Positions 15,001-28,400 of a stretch of DNA of 64,000 bases are shown here, in pieces (position 1 is the first letter of the stretch; every line of letters starts with the position of its first letter). The stretch is from Eledone cirrhosa (lineage: Eukaryota). The notes under the pieces are model-generated. The model was not told where the DNA came from and did not search any database. It saw only the letters and a list, made by a program, of their open reading frames with translations. The stretch is taken from the NCBI GenBank assembly GCA_964016885.1, contig OZ024744.1, positions 9,424,001 to 9,488,000 of the forward strand, read 5' to 3'. The position numbers and the translations under genes were made by a program.

Positions 15001-18000
15001 TGTGGTCCTAGATGTTGTTATAACCTGCCTGCTGTTGTATGTGGTCCTAGATGTGTGTATTAACTGCTTGTGTGTTGTATGTGGTCCTAGATGTATGTAT
15101 TTCCTGGTTATGTGTTGTATGTGGTCCTAGATGTGTTATTACCTGCTTGTATGTTATATGTGGTCCTAGATGTGTGTATTACTTGCTTGTGTGTTCTATG
15201 TAGTGCTAGATGTATGTATTACCTGCCTGTGTGTTGTATGTGGTCCTAGATGTATGTATTACCTGCTTGTGTGTTTTATGTAGTCCTTGATGTATGTATT
15301 ACCTGCTTGTGTGTTGTATGTAGTCCTAGATGTGTGTATTACCTGCTTGTGTGTTGTATGTGGCCCTAGATGTGTGTATTACCTGCTTGTGTGTTGTATG
15401 TGGCCCTAGATGTGTGTATTACCTGCTTGTGTGTTGTATGTGGCCCTAGATGTATGTATTACCTGCTTATGTGTTGTATGTGGTCCAACATGTATTATTA
15501 CCTGCCAGTGTGTTGTATGTGGTCCTAGATGTATGTATTATCTACTGGTGTGTTGTATGTGGTCCTAGATGTGTCTATTACCTGCTTGTGTGTTGTATGT
15601 GGTCCTAGATGTATGTATTACCTGCTTGTGTGTTGTATGTAGTCCTAGATCAATGTATTACCTGCCTGTATGTGGTCCTAGATGTATGTATTTCCTGGTT
15701 ATGTGTTGTATGTGGTCCTAGATGTGTTATTACCTGCTTGTATGTTATATGTGGTCCTAGATGTGTGTATTACCTGGTCATGTGTTGTATGTGGTTCTAG
15801 ATGTATGTATTACCTGCTTGTGTGTTGTATTTGGTCCTAGATGTATGTATTACCTGCTTGTGTGTTGTATGTGGTCCTAGATGTATGTATTACCTGCTTG
15901 TGTGTTGTATGTAGTCCTAGATCAATGTATTACCTGCCTGTGTGTTGTATGTAGTCCTAGATGAATGTATTACCTGCCTGTGTGTTGTATGTAGTCCTGG
16001 ATGTATGTATTACCTGCCTGTGTGTTGTATGTCGTCCTAGATGTATGTATTACCTGCCTGTGTGTTGTATGTGGTCCCAGATGTATGTATTACCTGCCTG
16101 TGTGTTGTATGTGGTCCGAGATGTATGTATTACCTGCTTGTGTGTTGTATGTAGTCCTAGATGTATGTATTCCCTGCTTGTGTGTTGTATGTAATCCTAG
16201 ATGTATGTATTCCCTGCTTGTGTGTTGTATGTAGTCCTAGACGTATGTATTACCTGCTTGCCTTGTGTGTTGTATGTAGTCCTAGATGTATGTATTACCT
16301 GCTTGTGTGTTGTATGTAGTCTTAGGTGTATTTATTACGTGCTTGTGTGTTGTATGTAGTCCTAGATGTATGTATTACCTGCTTGCCTTGTGTGTTGTAT
16401 GTAGTCCTAGATCTATGTATTACCTGCCTGTGTGTTGTATGTGGTCCTAGATGTATGTATTACCTGCTTGTGTGTTGTATGTGGTCCTAGATATATGTAT
16501 TACCTGGTTGTGTGTTCTATGTAGTCCTAGATGTATGTATTACCTGGTTATGTGTTGTATGTAGTCCTAGATGTATGTATTACCTGCTTGTGTGTTGTAT
16601 GTGGTCCTAGATGTATGTATTACTTGGTTATGTGTTGTATGTGGTCCTAGATGTTGTTATAACCTGTCTGTTGTTGTATGTGGTCCTAGATGTGTGTATT
16701 ACCTGCTTGTATGTTGTATGTAGTCCTAGATGTATGTATTACCTGGTTATGTGTTGTATCTGGTCTTAGATGTGTTATTACCTGCTTGTATGTTATATGT
16801 GGTCCTAGATGTGTGTATTACTTGCTTGTGTGTTCTATGTAGTCCTAGATGTATGTATTACCTGGTTATGTGTTGTATGTAGTCATAGATGTATGTATTA
16901 CTTGGTTATGTGTTGTATGTGGTCCTAGATGTGTGTATTACCTGCTTGTGTGTCCTAGATTATGTATTACCTGCTTGTGTGTTGTATGTGTTCCTATATG
17001 TGTGTATTACCTGCTTGTGTGTTGTATGTAGTCCTAGATGTATGTATTTCCTGCTGGTGTGTTGTATGTGGTCCTAGATGTATATATTACCTGCTTGTGT
17101 GTTGTATGTAGTCCTTGATGTATGTATTACCTGCTTGTGTGTTGTATGTAGTCTTAGGTGTATTTATTACGTGCTTGTGTGTTGTATGTAGTCCTAGATG
17201 TATGTATTACCTGCTTGCCTTGTGTGTTGTATGTAGTCCTAGATCTATGTATTACCTGCCTGTGTGTTGTATGTGGTCCTAGATGTATGTATTACCTGCT
17301 TGTGTGTTTTATGTAGTCCTAGATGTATGTATTCCCTGCTTGTGTGTTGTATGTAGTCCTAGATGTACGTATTACCTGCTTGTGTGTTGTATGTGGTCCT
17401 AGATGTGTGTATTACCTGCCTGTGTGTTGTATGTGGTCCTAGATGTATGTATTACCTGCTTGTGTGTTGTATGTAGTCCTAGATGTATGCATTACCTGCT
17501 TGCCTTGTGTGTTGTATGTAGTCCTAGATGTATGTATTACCTGCTTGTGTGTTGTATGTAGTCTTAGGTGTGTATTTATTACGTGCTTGTGTGTTGTATG
17601 TGGTCCTAGATGTGTGTATTACCTGCTTGTGTGTTGTATGTAGTCCTAGATGTGTGTATTACCTGGTTATGTGTTGTATATTGTCATAGATGTGTGTATT
17701 ACCTGCTTGTGTGTTGTATGTGGTCCTAGATGTGTGTATTACTTGCTGGTGTGTTGTATCTAGTCCTAGATGTATATACTACCTGGTTATGTGTTGTATG
17801 TTGTCCTAGATGTGTGTATTACCTGCTTCTTTGTTGTATGTGGTCCTAGATGTATGTATTACCTACTGCTGTGTTGTATATGGTCCTAGATGTGTGTATT
17901 ACCTGCTTGTGTGTTGTATGTGGTCCTAGATGTATGTATTACCTGGTTGTGTGTTCTATGTAGTCAAAGATGTATTTATTACCTGGTTATGTGTTGTATG

Positions 18001-21000
18001 TGGTCCTAGATGTATGTATTAACTGTTTCTGTGTTGTACGTGGTCCTAGATGCATGTATTACCTGGTTATGTGTTGTATGTGGTGCTAGAGGTATGTATT
18101 ACCTGGTTATGTGTTGTATGTAGTCCTAGATGTGTGTATTACGTGGTTCTGTGGTGTATGTAGTCCTAGATGTATGTATTACCTGCTTGTGTGTTGTATG
18201 TGGTCCTAGATGTATGTATTACTTGGTTATGTGTTGTATGTGGTCCTAGATTTTGTTATAACCTGCCTGTTGTTGTATGTGGTCCTAGAAGTGTGTATTA
18301 CCTGCCTGTGTGTTGTATGTAGTCCTAGATGTATGTATTACCTGGTTATGTGTTGTATGTGGTCCTAGATGTATGTATTACCAGCCTGTGTGTTGTATGT
18401 GGTCCTAGATGTATGTATTACCTGGTTATGTGTTGTATGTGGACCTAGATGTGTTATTACCTGCTTGTATGTTATATGTGGTCCTAGACGTGTGTATTAC
18501 TTGCTTGTGTGTTCTATGTAGTCCTAGATGTATGTATTACCTGCTGGTGTGTTGTATGTGGTCCTGGATGTATGTATTACCTGCTTGTGTGTTGTATGTG
18601 GTTCTAGATGTATGTATTACCTGGTTATGTGTTGTATGTGGTCCTAGATGTATGTATTACCTGGTTATGTGTTGTATGTAGTCCTAGATGTATGTACTAC
18701 CTGGTTATGTGTTGTATGTGGTCCTAGATGTATGTATTACCTGCGTGTGTGTTGTATGTGGTCCTAGATATATGTATTACCTGGTTGTGTGTTCTATGTA
18801 GTCCTAGATGTATGTATTACCTGGTTATGTGTTGTATGTAGTCCTAGATGTATGTATTACCTGCTTGTGTGTTGTATGTGGTCCTAGATGTATGTATTAC
18901 TTGGTTATGTGTTGTATGTGGTCCTAGATGTTCTTATAACCTGTCTGTTGTTGTATGTGGTCCTAGATGTGTGTATTACCTGCTTGTGTGTTGTATGTAG
19001 TCCTAGATGTATGTATTACCTGGTTAAGTGTTGTATGTGGTCTTAGATGTGTTATTACCTGCTTGTATGTTATATGTGGTCCTAGATGTGTGTATTACTT
19101 GCTTGTGTGTTCTATGTAGTCCTAGATGTATGTATTACCTGGTTATGTGTTGTAAGTAGTCATAGATGTATGTATTACTTGGTTATGTGTGATATGTGGT
19201 CCTAGATGTGTGTATTACCTGCTTGTGTGTCCTAGATTATGTATTACCTGCTTGTGTGTTGTATGTGTTCCTATATGTGTGTATTACCTGCTTGTGTGTT
19301 GTATGTAGTCCTAGATGTATGTATTTCCTGCTGGTGTGTTGTATGTGGTCCTAGATGTATGTATTACCTGCTTGTGTGTTGTATGTAGTCCTTGATGTAT
19401 GTATTACCTGCTTGTGTGTTGTATGTAGTCCTAGATGTGTGTATTACCTGCTTGTGTGTTGTATGTGGCCCTAGATGTGTGTATTATCTGCTTGTGTGTT
19501 GTATGTGGCCCTAGATGTGTGTATTAACTGGTTATGTGTTGTATGTAGTCCTAGATGTGTGTATTACCTGCTTGTATGTTGTATATAGTCCTAGATGTAT
19601 GTATTACCTGCTTGTGTGTTGTATGTTGTCCTAGATGTGTGTATTACCTGCTTCTGTGTTGTATGTGGCCTTAGATGTGTGTATTACCTGCTTGTGTGTT
19701 GTATATGGTCCTAGATGTGTGTATTCCCTGCTTGTGTGTTGTATGTGGTCCTAGATGTATGTATTACCTGCTTATGTGTTGTATGTGGTCCAAGATGTAT
19801 GTATTACCTGCCTGTGTGTTGTATGTGGTCCTAGATGTATGTATTACCTACTGGTGTGTTGTATGTGGTCCTAGATGTGTGTATTACCTGCTTGTGTGTT
19901 GTATGTGGTCCTAGATGTATGTATTACCTACTGGTGTGTTGTATGTGTTCCTAGATGTATGTATTACCTGCCTGTGTGTTGTATGTGGTCCTAGATGTAT
20001 GTATTACCTACTGGTGTGTTGTATGTGGTCCTAGATGTATGTATTACCTGCTTGTGTGTTGTATGTGGTCCTAGATGTATGTATTACCTGGTTATGAGTT
20101 GTATGTGGTCCTAGATGTATCTATTACCTGGTTATGTGTTGTATGTGGTCCTAGATGTATGTATTACCTGCTTGTGTGTTGTATTTGGTCCTAGATGTAT
20201 GTATTACCTGCTTGTATGTTGTATGTGGTCCTAGATGTATGTATTACCTGCTTGTGTGTTGTATGTAGTCCTAGATCTATGTATTACCTGCCTATGTGTT
20301 CTATGTAGTCCTAGATGAATGTATTACCTGCCTGTGTGTTGTATGTAGTCCTGGATGTATGTATTACCTGCCTGTGTGTTGTATGTCGTCCTAGATGTAT
20401 GTATTACCTGCCTGTGTGTTGTATGTGGTCCTAGATCTATGTATTACCTGCCTGTGTGTTGTATGTGTTCCTAGATGTATGTATTACCTGCTTGTGTGTT
20501 GTATGTAGTCCTAGATGTATGTATTCCCTGCTTGTGTGTTGTATGTAGTCCTAGATGTATGCATTCCCTGCTTGTGTGTTGTATGTAGTCCTAGATGTAT
20601 GTATTACCTGCTTGCCTTGTGTGTTATATGTAGTCCTAGATGTATGTATTACCTGCTTGTGTGTTGTATGTAGTCTTAGGTGTATTTATTACGTGCTTGT
20701 GTGTTGTATGTAGTCCTAGATGTATGTATTACCTGCTTGTGTGTCGTATGTGGTCCTAGATGTATGTATTACTTGGTTATGTGTTGTATGTGGTCCTAGA
20801 TGTTGTTATAACCTGCCTGTTGTTGTATGTGGTCCTAGATGTATGTATTACCTGTTTCTGTGTTGTACGTGGTCCTAGATGTATGTATTACCTGGTTATG
20901 TGTTGTATGTGGTCCTAGATGTATGTATTACCAGCCTGTGTGTTGTATGTGGTCCTAGATGTATGTATTACCTGGTTATGTGTTGTATGTGGTCCTAGAT

Positions 21001-22457
21001 GTGTTATTACCTGCTTGTATGTTTCATGTGGTCCTAGATGTGTGTATTACTTGCTTGTGTGTTCTATGTAGTCCTAGATGTATGTATTACCTGCTGGTGT
21101 GTTGTATGTGGTCCTGGATGTATGTATTACCTGCTTGTGTGTTGTATGTGGTTCTAGATGTATGTATTACCTGGTTATGTGTTGTATGTGGTCCTAGATG
21201 TATGTATTACCTGGTTATGTGTTGTATGTAGTCCTAGATGTATGTACTACCTGGTTATGTGTTGTATGTGGTCCTAGATGTATGTATTACCTGCTTGTGT
21301 GTTGTATGTGGTCCTAGATGTATGTATTACCTGGTTGTGTGTTCTATGTAGTCCTAGATGTATGTATTACCTGGTTATGTGTTGTATGTAGTCCTAGATG
21401 TGTGTATTACCTGGTTATGTGGCGTATGTAGTCCTAGATGTATGTATTACCTGCTTGTGTGTTGTATGAGGTCCTAGATGTATGTATTACTTGGTTATGT
21501 GTTGTATGTGGTCCTAGATGTTGTTATAACCTGTCTGTTGTTGTATGTGGTCCTAGATGTGTGTATTACCTGCTTGTGTGTTGTATGTGGTCCTAGATGT
21601 ATGTATTACCTGGTTATGTGTTGTATGTGGTCCTAAATGTGTTATTACCTGCTCGTATGTTATATGTGGTCCTAGATGTGTGTATTACTTGCTTGTGTGT
21701 TCTATGTAGTCCTAGATGTATGTATTACCTGGTTATGTGTTGTATGTAGTCATAGATGTATGTATTACTTGGTTATGTGTTGTATGTGGTCCTAGATGTG
21801 TGTATTACCTGCTTGTGTGTCCTAGATTATGTATTACCTGCTTGTGTGTTGTATGTGTTCCTATATGTGTGTATTACCTGCTTGTGTGTTGTATGTAGTC
21901 CTTGATGTATGTATTACCTGCTTGTGTGTTGTATGTGGTCCTAGATGTATGTATTACCTGCTTGTGTGTTGTATGTAGTCCTTGATGTATGTATAACCTG
22001 CTTGTGTGTTGTATGTAGTCCTAGATGTGTGTATTACCTGCTTGTGTGTTGTATGTGGCCCTAGATGTGTGTATTACCTGGTTATGTGTTGTATGTAGTC
22101 CTAGATGTGTGTATTACCTGCTTGTATGTTGTATATAGTCCTAGATGTATATATTACCTGCTTGTGTGTTGTATGTAGTCCTAGATGTGTGTATTACCTG
22201 CTTCTGTGTTGTATGTGGCCTTAGATGTGTGTATTAACTGCTTGTGTGTGTTATGTGGTCCTAGATGTGTGTATTCCCTGCTTGTGTGTTGTATGTGGTC
22301 CTAGATGTATGTATTACCTGTTTATGTGTTGTATGTGGTCCAAGATGTATGTATTACCTGCCTGTGTGTTGTATGTGGTCCTAGATGTATGTATTACCTA
22401 CTGGTGTGTTGTATGTGGTCCTAGATGTGTGTATTACCTGCTTGTGTGTTGTATGTG

Positions 22458-25400
22458 GTCCTAGATGTATGTATTACCTACTGGTGTGTTGTATGTGTTC
22501 CTAGATGTATGTATTACCTGCCTGTGTGTTGTATGTGGTCCTAGATGTATGTATTACCTACTGGTGTGTTGTATGTGGTCCTAGATGTATGTATTACCTG
22601 CTTGTGTGTTGTATGTGGTCCTAGATGTATGTATTACCTGGTTATGTGTTGTATGTGGTCCTAGATGTATCTATTACCTGGTTATGTGTTGTATGTGGTC
22701 CTGGATGTATGTGTTACCTGCCTGTGTGTTGTATGTGTTTCTAGATGTATGTATTACCTGGTTATGTGTTGTATGTGGTCCTAGATGTATGTATTACCTG
22801 CTTGTGTGTTGTATTTGGTCCTAGATGTATGTATTACCTGCTTGTGTGTTGTATGGGGTCCTAGATGTATGTATTACCTGCTTGTGTGTTGTATGTAGTC
22901 CTAGATCTATGTATTACCTGCCTATGTGTTGTATGTAGTCCTAGATGAATGTATTACCTGCCTGTGTGTTGTATGTAGTCCTGGATGTATGTATTACCTG
23001 CCTGTGTGTTGTATGTCGTCCTAGATGTATGTATTACCTGCCTGTGTGTTGTATGTGGTCCTAGATCTATGTATTACCTGCCTGTGTGTGGTATGTGTTC
23101 CTAGATGTATGTATTACCTGCTTGTGTGTTGTATGTAGTCCTAGATGTATGTATTCCCTGCTTGTTTGTTGTATGTAGTCCTAGATGTATGTATTCCCTG
23201 CTTGTGTGTTGTATGTAGTCCTAGATGTATGTATTACCTGCTTGCCTTGTGTGTTATATGTAGTCCTAGATGTATGTATTACCTGCTTGTGTGTTGTATG
23301 TAGTCTTAGGTGTATTTATTACGTGCTTGTGTGTTGTATGTAGTCCTAGATGTATGTATTACCTGCTTGCCTTGTGTGTTGTATGTAGTCCTAGATCTAT
23401 GTATTACCTGCCTGTGTGTTGTATGTGGTCCTAGATGTATGTATTACCTGCTTGTGTGTTGTTTGTAGTCCTAGATGTAAGTATTCCCTGCTTGTGTGTT
23501 GTATGTCGTCCTAGATGTATGTTTTACCTGCTTGTGTGTTGTATGTGGTCCTAGATGTGTGTATTACCTGCCTGTGTGTTGTATGTGGTCCTAGATGTAT
23601 GTATTACCTGCTTGTGTGTTGTATGTAGTCCTAGATGTATGTATTACCTGCTTGCCTTGTGTGTTGTATGTAATCCTAGATGTATGTACTACCTGGTTAT
23701 GTGTTGTATGTGGTCCTAGATGTATGTATTACCTGCTTGTGTGATGTATGTGGTCCTAGATGTATGTATTACCTGCCTGTGTGTTGTATGTGGTCCTAGA
23801 TGTATGTATTACCTGCTTCTGTGTTGTATGTAGTCCTAGATGTATGTATTACCTGCTTGCCTTGTGTGTTGTATGTAGTCCTAGATGTATGTATTACCTG
23901 CTTGTGTGTTGTATGTAGTCTTAGGTGTATTTATTACGTGCTTGTGTGCTGTATGTGGTCCTAGATGTGTGTATTACCTGCTTGTGTGTTGTATGTAGTC
24001 CTAGATGTGTGTATTACCTGGTTATGTGTTGTATATTGTCATAGATGTGTGTATTACCTGCTTGTGTGCTGTATGTCGTTCTAGATGTATACACTACCTG
24101 GTTATGTGTTGTATGTAGTCCTAGATGTGTGTATTACCTGCTTCTTTGTTGTATGTGGTCCTAGATCTATGTATTACCTACTGCTGTGTTCTATATTGTC
24201 CTAGATGTGTGTATTACCTGCTTGTGTGTTGTATGTAGTCCTAGATGTATGTATTCCCTGCTTGTGTGTTGTATGTAGTCCTAGATGTATGTATTCCCTG
24301 CTTGTGTGTTGTATGTAGTCCTAGATGTATGTATTACCTGCTTGCCTTGTGTGTTGTATGTAGTCCTAGATGTATGTATTACCTGCTTGTGTGTTGTATG
24401 TAGTCTTAGGTGTATTTATTACGTGCTTGTGTGTTGTATGTAGTCCTAGATGTATGTATTACCTGCTTGCCTTGTGTGTTGTATGTAGTCCTAGATGTAT
24501 GTATTACCTGCCTGTGTGTTGTATGTGGTCCTAGATGTATGTATTACCTGCTTGTGTGTTGTATGTAGTCCTAGATGTATGTATTACCTGCTTGCCTTGT
24601 GTGTTGTATGTAGTCCTAGATGTATGTATTACCTGCTTGTGTGCTGTATGTAGTCTTAGGTGTATTTATTACGTGCTTGTGTGTTGTATGTGGTCCTAGA
24701 TGTGTGTATTACCTGCTTGTGTGTTGTATGTTGTCCTAGATGTGTGTATTACCTGGTTATGTGTTGTATATTGTCATAGATGTGTGTATTACCTGCTTGT
24801 GTGTTGTATGTGGTCCTAGATGTGTGTATTACCTGCTTGTGTGTTGTATGTAGTCCTAGATGTGTGTATTACCTGGTTATGTGTTGTATATTGTCATAGA
24901 TGTGTGTATTACCTGCTTGTGTGTTGTATGTGGTCCTAGATGTATGTATTACCTGCTTCTTTGTTGTATGTGGTCGTAGATGTATGTATTACCTACTGCT
25001 GTGTTGTATATGGTCCTAGTTGTGTGTATTACCTGCTTGTGTGTTGTATGTGGTCCTAGATGTATGTATTACCTGGTTGTGTGTTCTATGTAGTCCTAGA
25101 TGTATGTATTACCTGGTTATGTGTTGTATGTGGTCCTAGATGTATGTATTACCTGTTTCTGTGTTGTACGTGGTCCTAGATGCATGTATTACCTGGTTAT
25201 GTGTTGTATGTGGTGCTAGATGTATGTATTACCTGGTTATGTGTTGTATGTAGTCCTAGATGTGTGTATTACGTGGTTATGTGGTGTATGTAGTCCTAGA
25301 TGTATGTATTACCTGCTTGTGTGTTGTATGTGGTCCTAGATGTATGTATTACTTGGTTATGTGTTGTATGTGGTCCTAGATGTATGTATTACCTGGTTAT

Positions 25401-28400
25401 GTGTTGTATGTGGTCCTAGATGTGTTATTACCTGCTTGTATGTTATATGTGGTCCTAGATGTGTGTATTACTTGCTTGTGTGTTCTATGTAGTCCTAGAT
25501 GTATGTATTACCTGCTGGTGTGTTGTATGTGGTCCTGGATGTATGTATTACCTGCTTGTGTGTTGTATGTGGTTCTAGATGTATGTATTACCTGGTTATA
25601 TGTTGTATGTGGTCCTAGATGTATGTATTACCTGCTTGTGTGTTGTATGTGGTCCTAGATGTATGTGCTACCTGGTTATGTGTTGTATGCGGTCCTAGAT
25701 GTATGTATTACCTGCTTGTGTGTTCTATGTGGTCCTGGATGTATGTATTACCTGGTTATGTGTTGTATGTGATCCTAGATGTGTGTATTACCTGCCTGTG
25801 TGTTGTATGTGGTCCTAGATGTATGTATTACCTGGTTGTGTGTTCTATGTGGTCCTAGATGTATGTATTACCTGCTTGTGTGTTGTATGTAGTCCTAGAT
25901 GTATATATTACCTGGTTATGTGTTGTATGTGTTCCTAGATGTATGTATTACCTGCTTGTGTGTTGTATGTGGTCCTAGATGTATGTATTACCTGGTTATG
26001 TGTTGTATCTGGTCCTAGATGTATGTATTACCTGTGTCTGTGTTGTATGTGGTCCTAGATGTATGTGCTACCTGGTTATGTGTTGTATGTGGTCCTAGAT
26101 GTATGTGCTTGCTGGTTATGTGTTGTATGTGGTCCTAGATGTATATATTACCTGTTTTTGTGTTGTATGTGGTCCTAGATGTATGTATTACCTGCTTGTG
26201 TGTTGTATGTGGTCCTAGATGTGTGTATTACCTGATTATGTGTTGTATGTGGTCCTAGATGTATGTATTACCTGCTTGTGTGTTGTATGTGGTCCTAGAT
26301 GTATGTATTACCTGCCTGTGTTTTGTATGTGGTCCGAGATGTATGTATTACCTGGTTATGTGTTGTATGTGGTCCTAGATGTGTTATTACCTGCTTGTAT
26401 GTCTTATGTGGTCCTAGATGTGTGTATTACTTGCTTGTGTGTTCTATGTAGTCCTAGATGTATGTATTACCTGCTGGTGTGTTGTATGTGGTCCTGGATT
26501 ATGTATTACCTGCTTGTGTGTTGTATGTGGTTCTAGATGTATGTATTACCTGGTTATGTGTTGTATGTGGTCCTAGATGTATGTATTACCTGGTTATGTG
26601 TTGTATGTAATCCTAGATGTATGTACTACCTGGTTATGTGTTGTATGTGGTCCTAGATGTATGTATTACCTGCTTGTGTGTTGTATGTGGTCCTAGATGT
26701 ATGTATTACCTGGTTATGTGTTCTATGTAGTCCTAGATGTATGTATTACCTGGTTATGTGTTGTATGTAGTACTAGATGTGTGTATTACCTGGTTATGTG
26801 GTGTATGTAGTCCTAGATGTATGTATTACCTGCTTGTGTGTTGTATGTGGTCCTAGATGTATGTATTACTTGGTTATGTGTTGTATGTGGTCCTAGATGT
26901 TGTTATAACCTGTCTGTTGTTGTATGTGGTCCTAGATGTGTGTATTACCTGCTTGTGTGTTGTATGAGGTCCTAGATGTATGTATTACCTGGTTATGTGT
27001 TGTATGTGGTCCTAGATGTGTTATTACCTGCTTGTATGTTATATGTGGTCCTAGATGTGTGTATTACTTGCTTGTGTGTTCTATGTAGTCCTAGATGTAT
27101 GTATTACCTGGTTATGTGTTGTATGTAGTCATAGATGTATCTATTACTTGGTTATGTGTTGTATGTGGTCCTAGATGTGTGTATTACCTGCTTGTGTGTC
27201 CTAGATTATGTATTACCTGCTTATGTGTTGTATGTGTTCCTATATGTGTGTATTACCTGCTTGTGTGTTTTATGTAGTCCTAGATGTATGTATTACCTGC
27301 TTGTGTGTTGTATGTGGTCCTAGATGTATGTATTACCTGCTTGTGTGTTGTATGTAGTCCTTGATGTATGTATTACCTGCTTGTGTGTTGTATGTAGTCC
27401 TAGATGTGTGTATTACCTGCTTGTGTGTTGTATGTGGCCCTAGATGTGTGTATTACCTGCTTGTGTGTTGTATGTGGCCCTAGATGTGTGTATTACCTGG
27501 TTATGTGTTGTATGTGGCCTTAGATGTGTGTATTACCTGCTTGTGTGTTGTATGTGGTCCTAGATGTGTTTATTCCCTGCTTGTGTGTTGAATGTGGTCC
27601 TAGATGTATGTATTACCTGCTTATGTGTTGTATGTAGTCCTTGATGTATGTATTACCTGCTTGTGTGTTGTATGTAGTCCTAGATGTGTGTATTACCTGC
27701 TTGTGTGTTGTATGTGGCCCTAGATGTGTGTATTACCTGCTTGTGTGTTGTATGTGGCCCTAGATGTGTGTATTACCTGGTTATGTGTTGTATGTGGCCT
27801 TAGATGTGTGTATTACCTGCTTGTGTGTTGTATGTGGTCCTAGATGTGTTTATTCCCTGCTTGTGTGTTGAATGTGGTCCTAGATGTATGTATTACCTGC
27901 TTATGTGTTGTATGTGGTCCAAGATGCATGTATTACCTGCCTGTGTGTTGTATGTGGTCCTAGATGTATGTATTACCTACTGGTGTGTTGTATGTGGTCC
28001 TAGATGTATGTATTACCTGGTTATGTGTTGTATGTAGTCCTAGATGTATGTATCACCTGGTTATGTGTTGTATGTGGTCCTAGATGTGTGTATTACCTGG
28101 TTGTGTGTTGTATGTGGTCCTAGATGTATGTATTACCTGCTTGTGTGTTGTATGTGGTCATAGATGTATGTGCTACCTGGTTATGTGTTGTATGTGGTCC
28201 TAGATGTATGTATTACCTGCTTGTGTGTTCTATGTGGTCCTGGATGTATGTATTACCTGGTTATGTGTTGTATGTGGTCCTAGATGTGTGTATTACCTGC
28301 CTGTGTGTTGTATGTGGTCCTAGATGTATTTATTACCTGGTTGTGTGTTCTATGTGGTCCTAGATGTATGTATTACCTGCTTGTGTGTTGTATGTAGTCC

